IMG/VR virus record: IMGVR_UViG_3300031801_001562
Origin: a virus
Taxonomy: Duplodnaviria; Caudoviricetes
Length of the DNA: 64,000 nucleotides
Reading direction: 5' to 3' (one strand)
The translations under genes and the position numbers were made by a program. This document shows, one piece after another, positions 15,924 to 23,625 of the stretch. The first letter of the stretch is position 1, and the number at the start of each line of letters is the position of its first letter. The notes beneath the pieces were generated by a model. That model ran no database searches. It saw only the letters and a program-made list of their open reading frames with translations, and was not told where the DNA came from.

Positions 15924-17381
15924 TCACGCGGCATATTTTAATAAGGTTTCCCACCTAGGCATCCCTGATTTCATAATATTTATTGCAGCGGGTAGAGTTC
16001 TCAACGTTGGTTGTGATATTTTCTTTGCGGCTGCTAATTCTTTTAATTTATTTAACACCATTCCCGCTTCTCCTTCAGAAACTTTAGTTTCTTTAGCTAT
16101 AACAGGAATTACTGCTTCCATCCTTTCCATCATTTCGCCGGGCGATAATGTTACATCAATTGTTAAAGATCTGGATAAAACTGGCTGGGGTATTTTATCT
16201 TTTGGAAGATTCGATACAAAAATAACTCTACCTTTAAATTCAAAAGTATTTGGTAATCTTGGTAATTTGCCTTCTTCATCTCCTCCGGCGTATAGAGCAT
16301 CCTCAATACCGTCTTCAATTTGTTCTATAGAAGCCCGTGGTAAAGATTGATCAATAGGGACTGTTGATTTTGAAGACCATGAAATTTCTCTTTCTTCATA
16401 ACTATCTAATGCTGCTTTTAAAAGATTTTGAGATGTCATATCTTTAAATATATCATCATTATCATCAAAAACTATCAATTTGCCTTTTCTTGCCATAAAA
16501 AATTCAGTATATAATCCAAATACAGATGTAGCACCTTTACTAATCTTATAATCATTTTTAGAAAGGCCTGCTTTTTTTATACGTTCTTTTACTGTGAAGG
16601 TTTTTCCTGTTCCACCTCCTCCTGTAACCAAAAGAGCCGGGCGAGCATTTTTAAGAACAAGATCAACAAGATCAGATAAATCTTGAAATAAAACATCCAC
16701 TGGAACTTTATCGGCGGCGGCTTCTATTTTTTTCTGGGCGGGATCATCACTAACAGTTTCATTTTCACCTACTTCGGTATCCAATAACATGGTTACATTA
16801 ACCGTTCCACGTTTACCTCTGGGTAATTTTGATAATTGATATTGATTTACTTTTCTACCTAATTTTCGGGCTATATCTTTTAATTCTGATACTTTAACTT
16901 CTGAACTTCCAAATTCATGATAAGCTGCTCTTGCTACACTAGCAAGATCTAAAGTGCCTGTCGCTTCTGAAACTGTAATTTTAAGTTCACGTGCGGCTGG
17001 GGCTTTGATGAAATCTGCAATAGCATCCACTAAATGAACGATATTAAAATATTGAAGACCGTGTATAGTTCGTGTCGGCCAAGGAAATTCGGTATTCCAA
17101 CTTTCCCAATAATCAACAGAAGTAATTTGGGTTTGTTTAGCGTTCTTCTTTTCCCAATTTAATCTAACGGCTTTACCCCTATCGCCGATGAGAAATAAAA
17201 TACCTACACCAAGCCCGGTTTTTGTTTTTTTAAATTCCTGTGATCCTCCTTCACCGCCGTATTGATAAAATTTATCACTAACTCTTCTTTCCAAAATGAT
17301 TCTTATTTTATCAACAACAGTGACTAAGGATTTGACATTAAATGCCGCCTCAGCAATTAAAGATTTTCTGAATGTTTCCAT
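15924..17381 (-). CDS. AAA+ ATPase with extra N-terminal domains and a capsid-targeting-like leader
   Basis: Walker A GGGGTGKT, Walker B LIVFDD, IFVSN sensor, LSRS Arg finger; N-terminus METFRKSLIAEA. Confidence 0.8.
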   Translation of the reverse strand: METFRKSLIAEAAFNVKSLVTVVDKIRIILERRVSDKFYQYGGEGGSQEFKKTKTGLGVGILFLIGDRGKAVRLNWEKKNAKQTQITSVDYWESWNTEFPWPTRTIHGLQYFNIVHLVDAIADFIKAPAARELKITVSEATGTLDLASVARAAYHEFGSSEVKVSELKDIARKLGRKVNQYQLSKLPRGKRGTVNVTMLLDTEVGENETVSDDPAQKKIEAAADKVPVDVLFQDLSDLVDLVLKNARPALLVTGGGGTGKTFTVKERIKKAGLSKNDYKISKGATSVFGLYTEFFMARKGKLIVFDDNDDIFKDMTSQNLLKAALDSYEEREISWSSKSTVPIDQSLPRASIEQIEDGIEDALYAGGDEEGKLPRLPNTFEFKGRVIFVSNLPKDKIPQPVLSRSLTIDVTLSPGEMMERMEAVIPVIAKETKVSEGEAGMVLNKLKELAAAKKISQPTLRTLPAAINIMKSGMPRWETLLKYAA

Positions 17382-17403
17382 ATTTCACCCCAAAGTTATG
17401 TTA

Positions 17404-17411
17404 TATTTATC
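17404..17411 (-). promoter_or_regulatory. late-promoter-like GATAAATA upstream of the AAA+ ATPase
   Basis: One mismatch to the T4 late consensus, intergenic. Confidence 0.5.
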
Positions 17412-17424
17412 CAAGTGAATCTTT

Positions 17425-18561
17425 CTAGGGTTTTGGTTTCGGCAACGCATTTGGTTTTTTTTGTGGATATAATTCTGCTGTATTTACTGGAAATACTTTT
17501 AATGTTACCTCTACTTTGCGAAAAACACGCTTTCGTATAATTGTCAATGTAACCTTTTCTCCAATATTATATTTTCCTAATTGATCTGAAAACCCTAAAC
17601 CATCATTAATCATCACGTCATTGACACCAATAATAGTATCATTAGCTTTCAATTCTTCTGGTACTTTGCCCGGCCTTACCCATAAACCAAGAGTATTCGG
17701 CACATGACCAGGTTTAACATTAGGATAATCTTTTATTATTTTGTCTCTAGTTTTAGGATTAATTAATCCCATAATCATTATGCCGATTGCCGGCCTATCA
17801 ACTCTACCATTGTCTAACATAGATTCTAAAGACTTTTTTACAACATCTCCTCTGACTGCTATACCAATCCCAGCGTTTTCTGTAATCTTAGAAATAATCA
17901 TAGAATTAATTCCTACGATTTCCCCTTTCATATTCAGAAGAGGGCCGCCTGAATTTCCTTTATTTATTGCTGCATCAGTTTGCAATGATTTAATATAAGG
18001 ATGTCTCATATATCTTTCATTGCTTGAAATAATTCCTTTGGTTAAAGTCCAAGCCATACCCATCGGATGTCCGAATGCAAAAACTTCAGTTCCTGGTAAT
18101 ATGTTTTCTACATCATCTGCAAATTTTATATAAGATTTTGGTTTCACATCTGATGTAACCTGAAGCAATGCCAAATCTGCAAGAGGATCTAATCCAATTA
18201 CATTTACATCATGAAGTTCATAATCATCTTCAGAATAATAAATTAACTTAATATAATTTTGTTGGTAGACGCAGTGAAAATTTGTAAGTATATGTCCTAA
18301 ATCAGATACGGCAACTCCTGCACATAACCCATTTGATCTGGGATTCGTTTCTGGATCAACATTAGGACTTGTAGAAAGCATAACTATAGCTTCTTTAGCC
18401 CTTTGAAGAATTGATTCGTATTTTAATGTTTTTCTAGCTTCTACTAGAACTGGTTCGTTCGTTTGGATTTCTGAAGAGTTGTCAGCAAATGATGTGCTCC
18501 AACCAAATATTAACAATAACAAAGTATAACACATCAAACCCAAAGATTTGAATTTTTTCAT
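17425..18561 (-). CDS. htrA: HtrA/DegQ-like serine protease with signal peptide and one PDZ domain
   Basis: TNFH (His), DPLADLAL (Asp), AAINKGNSGGPL (Ser), C-terminal PDZ, hydrophobic leader. Confidence 0.9.
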   Translation of the reverse strand: MKKFKSLGLMCYTLLLLIFGWSTSFADNSSEIQTNEPVLVEARKTLKYESILQRAKEAIVMLSTSPNVDPETNPRSNGLCAGVAVSDLGHILTNFHCVYQQNYIKLIYYSEDDYELHDVNVIGLDPLADLALLQVTSDVKPKSYIKFADDVENILPGTEVFAFGHPMGMAWTLTKGIISSNERYMRHPYIKSLQTDAAINKGNSGGPLLNMKGEIVGINSMIISKITENAGIGIAVRGDVVKKSLESMLDNGRVDRPAIGIMIMGLINPKTRDKIIKDYPNVKPGHVPNTLGLWVRPGKVPEELKANDTIIGVNDVMINDGLGFSDQLGKYNIGEKVTLTIIRKRVFRKVEVTLKVFPVNTAELYPQKKPNALPKPKP

Positions 18562-18564
18562 GTA

Positions 18565-19122
18565 CTATCCTTGAAAAATTAGCCCTGGCTCCTCCGCGGA
18601 TTTTATCGATTTTTGGCCTTGTGGCTCTTCGGGGGGATCCAGAGGAACATCTGGAATTATTGTTTTATTATCTTTTTCCTTTTCTATTGTTTTATTATCT
18701 GATGGTATTACTAAATTTGTAAAAAAACTTGGAAGAGTTTGATACTCTCCGACACATTCTACTGCTTTAACCATAAAAGTGTTCCCGGTCCATTTGGAAT
18801 CGATAACTTTTTTAAGGTATTCTCTAAAATTATTTTCTTTTCTAATCTTATCCACTACACAAAAGCAATGCTCTATCATTTGTCTTTGTGCTGCTATACT
18901 CGGCAATTGATTTCCAAGAGATGGTTGACTCAATACTACCCATCTTATAGTTCCTTGATAACATGCATTTATTGTATCATATAAACTTTGTGATGGCCAT
19001 TTATCTTCTTTTAATATTTTTGGATAGCCCATCGGTGTTCGCGGCAAAGGTTCATTTTCACCTTTAACATATCCCGCAAAAAATAGAATTAACACAAACA
19101 TTAAAATTAGAGAGTTTTTCAT
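18565..19122 (-). CDS. putative exported protein (signal peptide, 4 Cys)
   Basis: MKNSLILMFVLILFFAGYVKG leader. Confidence 0.65.
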   Translation of the reverse strand: MKNSLILMFVLILFFAGYVKGENEPLPRTPMGYPKILKEDKWPSQSLYDTINACYQGTIRWVVLSQPSLGNQLPSIAAQRQMIEHCFCVVDKIRKENNFREYLKKVIDSKWTGNTFMVKAVECVGEYQTLPSFFTNLVIPSDNKTIEKEKDNKTIIPDVPLDPPEEPQGQKSIKSAEEPGLIFQG

Positions 19123-19136
19123 ACTTCCATCCTATC

Positions 19137-19775
19137 TTATTTAGTATTTTTTAAGCCATCCCTCGGTCCGTGGAATATAATTTGGCCATGTTCTTTTGAT
19201 TGTTTGAATAATCTTCTTCTTAATGGTTCTTTCCCGTTTTTTAGTTCTATATAATACGATAAAAATGTATCTGCTTGCATGTTTAGACCATCCTGTAATT
19301 CCATATACTTATAGGTAGCTTTTACAATACCTTCTGCAAATTCCGGAGATATCATGTATGAAGTGGCGGGTGGAATGCCCAAGATAGCAATACCATTATC
19401 TCTTTTATAATCTTTACCTTTATCTATAAATCTTTCAAACTTTAATCTAAGATCATAGTCGTCCACAATTTCTGGATTTTTACGTGCGTCATGTTCAAAA
19501 CAAGCAATAGACCGATTTAATTTAAGACACCGTTTCCATAATTCAAAATGAGTACAAAAACATGCTTTTTCTGTGTTATGAATCGGGAGTTTTAATTTAC
19601 GTCCATGCGTTGATACTTTATATTCTTGAAAACGTAATTCAGGAGAAAGTAATTCCGGCGAACGTGCGGGAAACATTTCCAAATCAATATCAAATTCTTT
19701 TTTAAAATGTTTTATGCCTTCTTCAAAATATTGTTCGGATATAGGATTTCCCTCAATCAAGTGCATGAAATACAT
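19137..19775 (-). CDS. glycosyltransferase family 25-like protein
   Basis: ACFCTHFELWKRC...IACFEHDA and SYMISPEFA resemble GT25 (GCxxSHxxxW...lEDDa). Confidence 0.65.
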   Translation of the reverse strand: MYFMHLIEGNPISEQYFEEGIKHFKKEFDIDLEMFPARSPELLSPELRFQEYKVSTHGRKLKLPIHNTEKACFCTHFELWKRCLKLNRSIACFEHDARKNPEIVDDYDLRLKFERFIDKGKDYKRDNGIAILGIPPATSYMISPEFAEGIVKATYKYMELQDGLNMQADTFLSYYIELKNGKEPLRRRLFKQSKEHGQIIFHGPRDGLKNTK

Positions 19776-19786
19776 TATTACATTTT

Positions 19787-20029
19787 TTATCCGACCTGTT
19801 CAGTATAGCAATTGGGGCATTTCAACTTGGTTTGATGTTTAGCTGACCCAGAAGGCATATTTTGCGTGAAAGGAAGTTTACATCCAATACATGTAAAATG
19901 TCTCACGTCGGAATTACCAACGGAAAAATCATGTTCTTGTTTTACTAATACAGGTGTTTTAATATCTGGAGCTCTAAAAATTCCAGTTCCCCGTTGAGAA
20001 GTTCCTCTGTTAGTTACTCTCATTGCCAT
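19787..20029 (-). CDS. small zinc-ribbon protein
   Basis: CIGC...CPNC. Confidence 0.6.
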   Translation of the reverse strand: MAMRVTNRGTSQRGTGIFRAPDIKTPVLVKQEHDFSVGNSDVRHFTCIGCKLPFTQNMPSGSAKHQTKLKCPNCYTEQVG

Positions 20030-20421
20030 CCTAATTGTTCTTTACCATCTTTCATATCTTTAAGTGGCGTGAAACTCTCTCCGCAGCCACATGTCTGTCC
20101 AAATTTAAGACGATTAAATATAAAACCTTGTTCGACTAAATTTCCTATTTTATAATCAACTTCAACGTCTCCCATTATATTATTTAGCAACTCATTATTA
20201 ACAACTAAATTTACTCCGTGTTGTTCAAAAATCAAATCAGTTGAACCTACAGTATTTTCATAATCTAAGCTATACTTCCATCCTGAACATCCACCTTCTT
20301 TTGCACCAACTCTAAGATAAGATGTTTCTAAATCTCTATCTTCATGTAAGCACATATTTGAAAATTCTATGGCTGCTTTTTCTGTTATTTTAAGTTCACA
20401 TCCAGCTTGGTTTGTATCCAT
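20020..20421 (-). CDS. iscA: A-type Fe-S carrier (IscA/ErpA/HesB family), copy 2; probable start MDTNQAG at 20421
   Basis: GGCSGWKY and CGCGESF motifs. Confidence 0.85.
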   Translation of the reverse strand: MDTNQAGCELKITEKAAIEFSNMCLHEDRDLETSYLRVGAKEGGCSGWKYSLDYENTVGSTDLIFEQHGVNLVVNNELLNNIMGDVEVDYKIGNLVEQGFIFNRLKFGQTCGCGESFTPLKDMKDGKEQLGWQ

Positions 20422-20764
20422 CTTCTTGTTCCTTATGTTCGTACATAAATGATGTTCTGCATCCGCATGCGCCTTTTGCTGATGGATTATTAAATTTAAG
20501 TCCACGATCATTTAAATCGTTAGACCAATCTATTTCTGTTCCTTTAATATATAAATGACTCTTTTTATCTACCACGCAAGTGAGACCATGGCTTTCAAAT
20601 TCTAGATCGAATTTAGTTTTTCTACTATCAAAATCTACAGTATAAGTAAATCCAGAACATCCACCACCTTTTACACCTATTCTACAAAATGTTTTACTAT
20701 CAACACTTTGTTCAGCCATTATATCTAATACAACTTTAGCTGCCATCTCTGTGAAAGATATCAT
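20396..20764 (-). CDS. iscA: A-type Fe-S carrier (IscA/ErpA/HesB family), copy 1
   Basis: GVKGGGCSGFTY, DWS, FNNP, CGCRTSF. Confidence 0.9.
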   Translation of the reverse strand: MISFTEMAAKVVLDIMAEQSVDSKTFCRIGVKGGGCSGFTYTVDFDSRKTKFDLEFESHGLTCVVDKKSHLYIKGTEIDWSNDLNDRGLKFNNPSAKGACGCRTSFMYEHKEQEDGYKPSWM

Positions 20765-21528
20765 GCATTTAATTTAGCGGCGATTGCCATCTCTCTCTTT
20801 TTTTCTTTAGATTTCCCTTTAAATTGGGGTGCATCAGAACTTTGAAAATCTTTAACTACATCTCCCATATCCGCATTTTTAACATCTATGCCTTCTATTC
20901 GGATTCTGGGTTCTCTCTTCTCTTCGTTATTTGCTTTCTCTTTTTTCTTTTCTAAAACTTTCGCAAAAGCTTCGCGAAGCCCCTCTTCGGTCTCTTCTTC
21001 ACTTGGTGGCCCTTCTTTTGCTAGTCGACGATACATTTTTACCATATTAGGTTTAGTAATTCTTTCAATTGAGACGTCTTTCCACACATCTGGCTTTAAT
21101 TGACTTCGTAAATCTTTTCTGATTGATGCTTTTGAAGAACTTTCAATAAAAATAGGATTTGGTATACCAGGAATTTGTATTTGCCAGAAAGCTTCACTCA
21201 ATTCTTCATTTTTTGATTCCGCATCGTATCCTGGATGACTAACTGTCTTCATAATTTCTTCTTTTTTCTTCTTTCTCTTTAAAGGATCATCTGGTAGACC
21301 TCCCATAGAAGCTTCCGCATGCATATGTTTTTTCCAATTATCACCTGTCTTTAAATCAGTCTTTCTTGTTTTTACATGAACATGTCCGTCAGGCAGTTTC
21401 GGGTTCCTTATCGCCTTTTGCATTTCTCGCTCTGAGCCCGAATGTGTAATTTTACCCTTTTCGGTACTACCTTGAACTATATGATGACTAAATTGTTCTT
21501 CTTCGATATGATCTTTAAATTTTTTCAT
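20761..21528 (-). CDS. hypothetical modular protein, putative internal head protein
   Basis: Leader MKKFKDHIEE; internal LSEA/LREA sites; C-terminal module GDVVKDFQSSDAPQFKGKSKEKKREMAIAAKL. Confidence 0.6.
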   Translation of the reverse strand: MKKFKDHIEEEQFSHHIVQGSTEKGKITHSGSEREMQKAIRNPKLPDGHVHVKTRKTDLKTGDNWKKHMHAEASMGGLPDDPLKRKKKKEEIMKTVSHPGYDAESKNEELSEAFWQIQIPGIPNPIFIESSSKASIRKDLRSQLKPDVWKDVSIERITKPNMVKMYRRLAKEGPPSEEETEEGLREAFAKVLEKKKEKANNEEKREPRIRIEGIDVKNADMGDVVKDFQSSDAPQFKGKSKEKKREMAIAAKLNA

Positions 21529-21905
21529 GTTGCCTGCTTCTGTTTATAATCCGCTATCGCTGCTTTAATTGCATCTTCTGCGAGAACAGAACAATGAATT
21601 TTAACTGGTGGAAGAGATAACTCATCAACAATTTCTACATTATTTAAAGTCATAGCCTCTTCAACAGTTCTATTTTTAACCCATTCTGTAGCTAATGACG
21701 ATGCTGCTATAGCTGAGCCGCATCCAAATGTTTTAAATTTGGCATCAACAATTTTGTTATCTCTAACTTCAATTTGAAGTTTCATTACATCACCGCATTC
21801 TGGTGCTCCTACTAGGCCGGTACCAACATGGATATCATTTTTATCCAGGCTTCCTATATTCTTCGGGTGCTCAAAATGATCTAAAACTTTATCACTATAT
21901 GCCAT
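21525..21905 (-). CDS. iscU: Fe-S cluster scaffold IscU
   Basis: YSDKVLDHF, GAPECGDVM, FGCGSAIAASS, LPPVKIHCS. Confidence 0.95.
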   Translation of the reverse strand: MAYSDKVLDHFEHPKNIGSLDKNDIHVGTGLVGAPECGDVMKLQIEVRDNKIVDAKFKTFGCGSAIAASSLATEWVKNRTVEEAMTLNNVEIVDELSLPPVKIHCSVLAEDAIKAAIADYKQKQAT

Positions 21906-21920
21906 ATTTTCCTTTCAATC

Positions 21921-21928
21921 TATTTATG
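21921..21928 (-). promoter_or_regulatory. late-promoter-like CATAAATA upstream of iscU
   Basis: One mismatch to consensus, intergenic. Confidence 0.5.
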
Positions 21929-21931
21929 AAA

Positions 21932-22309
21932 TTAAGTATCTGAATTAACTTGGCCGGTATTATAATTTAATATAGCAGATACAAATGAATGATATACACC
22001 AAGAGCTTCAGGCCTAGGACTCGAAACGATCATCACAAACTTTTTATCAATTTCATATCTGCCTAAATTAGCATTAGTAGGAAATGTATTGGGTGATAAC
22101 CTTTCAACGTTGCGGCTCAAATCCACATCCCATTCCATAGACCACCGAAATTGAACGGATTCTATTAATTCATATTTATCTCCCAAATCTCTAATTTTTG
22201 AGACCACTTCTTCGCCGGTAGTTAATTTAAGTACCTTTAGTTCATGGTCAAAAACCGCTTTAGATAAGGCTGCATCATGGTCGATCCTATGATCATTCAC
22301 TTCATTCAT
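21932..22309 (-). CDS. hypothetical protein, Sm-like fold as in many T4-like phages (probable start MNEVND at 22309)
   Basis: VLKLTTGEEVV motif. Confidence 0.6.
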   Translation of the reverse strand: MNEVNDHRIDHDAALSKAVFDHELKVLKLTTGEEVVSKIRDLGDKYELIESVQFRWSMEWDVDLSRNVERLSPNTFPTNANLGRYEIDKKFVMIVSSPRPEALGVYHSFVSAILNYNTGQVNSDT

Positions 22310-22500
22310 ATCGGAAATCCTTCTTTCAATTTTGTTATTTGATAGTGACCACAATGAGGGCACCATAATTTTTCATTATCAGGGAGACTTAAATCCATCT
22401 CTAATTTACTAGGAGTATGAGTATAACTCCACCATTCTTGACAACAGCCACAGGTAAAATGATATAAAATTTCTATTGTGTATTCATGAATTGGAGCCAT
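22306..22500 (-). CDS. small zinc-ribbon protein
   Basis: CGCC...CPHCG. Confidence 0.7.
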   Translation of the reverse strand: MAPIHEYTIEILYHFTCGCCQEWWSYTHTPSKLEMDLSLPDNEKLWCPHCGHYQITKLKEGFPI

Positions 22501-22523
22501 AATATATTCGCTTTTAAATCTAT

Positions 22524-22552
22524 ATTATATAATAAAATTTATAAAAAATCAA
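22524..22552 (-). promoter_or_regulatory. sigma70-type (early) promoter TTGATT-N17-TATAAT
   Basis: -35 at 22547-22552, -10 at 22524-22529, intergenic. Confidence 0.7.
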
Positions 22553-22555
22553 GCA

Positions 22556-22732
22556 TTATCTACGCTTATCTTGCTGGCCGTTTTGATATGCTTCAAAAAG
22601 AGCTCTCTCTGCGAATAAAGCAATAGTTTTTTCATGATCCATAGGTAATTGAGTCATTACATAGCTCATAAGACTATCCTTAAATTTTCTCTTAGATTTT
22701 GGATTTTGTTTTAGTTTTTCTTCGTAATTCAA
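22556..22732 (-). CDS. small hypothetical protein (58 aa from TTG; or from MSYVMT)
   Basis: Hand translation; fills the gap after bS21. Confidence 0.4.
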   Translation of the reverse strand: MNYEEKLKQNPKSKRKFKDSLMSYVMTQLPMDHEKTIALFAERALFEAYQNGQQDKRR

Positions 22733-22736
22733 ATGT

Positions 22737-22979
22737 TTATCCCCACATTTGTTGTTCCAGTCTTTCGACCTGTTTAATGTCTTTGCGAAAATCTTTTATT
22801 CGCTGTCTAGCCGCTTCTTCCTTTTTTAACCTTTTTGCCATAGAAGGTTTAACAAAATATCTTCGTTTTTTCACATCATTGAGAGTACCTTCACGTGACA
22901 CCACTTGTTTTAATTTTTGTAAAGCTTTTATAATATTTCGCTGGTCTGAATCCTTATGACCAATCTTTATTGAAATCAT
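22737..22979 (-). CDS. rpsU: ribosomal protein bS21 homolog
   Basis: NIIKALQKLKQVVSREG.L..VKKRRYFVKPS.AKRLKKEEAARQR matches the S21 signature. Confidence 0.85.
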   Translation of the reverse strand: MISIKIGHKDSDQRNIIKALQKLKQVVSREGTLNDVKKRRYFVKPSMAKRLKKEEAARQRIKDFRKDIKQVERLEQQMWG

Positions 22980-23625
22980 ATTCTTCCATTTCTATCCAAT
23001 GTTTATCATATGTTGATTTAAGATACTCTTTATCAACGTTAGTTTTATACCAGGGACCGCCTAAAGTAAAATGAGCGGCGCCAATATCCTCCTTATCAGG
23101 ATAATTTGGTTCATTTACTAACCAATTCCACTCTAAAGGAATTGATCCTATATATTTTTCTTCGGGTTCTGCCCACTCCATTTGATGTAAATAACTCATG
23201 GGTGCATGAAATATTTCTTTGCAAGTCAATGAATATTTTTCTTTATTAAATATCATAAAACTTGACCAATTCTTTCTAGGATAATTCACATTTTTATATT
23301 GTCCGCCCATTTTAACTTCGCCTCTTGAAACATAATTCTCATGCTTACAACAATATACCATTTTATTTTCATCTAAATCTCTAGCTAAACTCAAGGGATT
23401 TTTAAAAAATATAAAATCATCATCGACAAACGCTACCCATTTATTATCTTCATTATAATCAATTAACGGAACTAAGTATCTTGTTCTGGCAAAAGGATTG
23501 TTCGTATTTTTAACATAATAATGAGGAACACTATGAGTTTTTACTCCGAATTTTTCTAAAGAAAATCTACATTTCCTATTAACCTGTTCGCGTCCTGGCG
23601 TATATCCAACCCAAAAATCTATCAT
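22954..23625 (-). CDS. GT8-like glycosyltransferase (probable start MIDFWVG at 23625)
   Basis: RYLVP, FVDDD (DxD), YPRKNWSS, LEWNWLV, HFTLGGPW. Confidence 0.8.
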   Translation of the reverse strand: MIDFWVGYTPGREQVNRKCRFSLEKFGVKTHSVPHYYVKNTNNPFARTRYLVPLIDYNEDNKWVAFVDDDFIFFKNPLSLARDLDENKMVYCCKHENYVSRGEVKMGGQYKNVNYPRKNWSSFMIFNKEKYSLTCKEIFHAPMSYLHQMEWAEPEEKYIGSIPLEWNWLVNEPNYPDKEDIGAAHFTLGGPWYKTNVDKEYLKSTYDKHWIEMEEYDFNKDWS

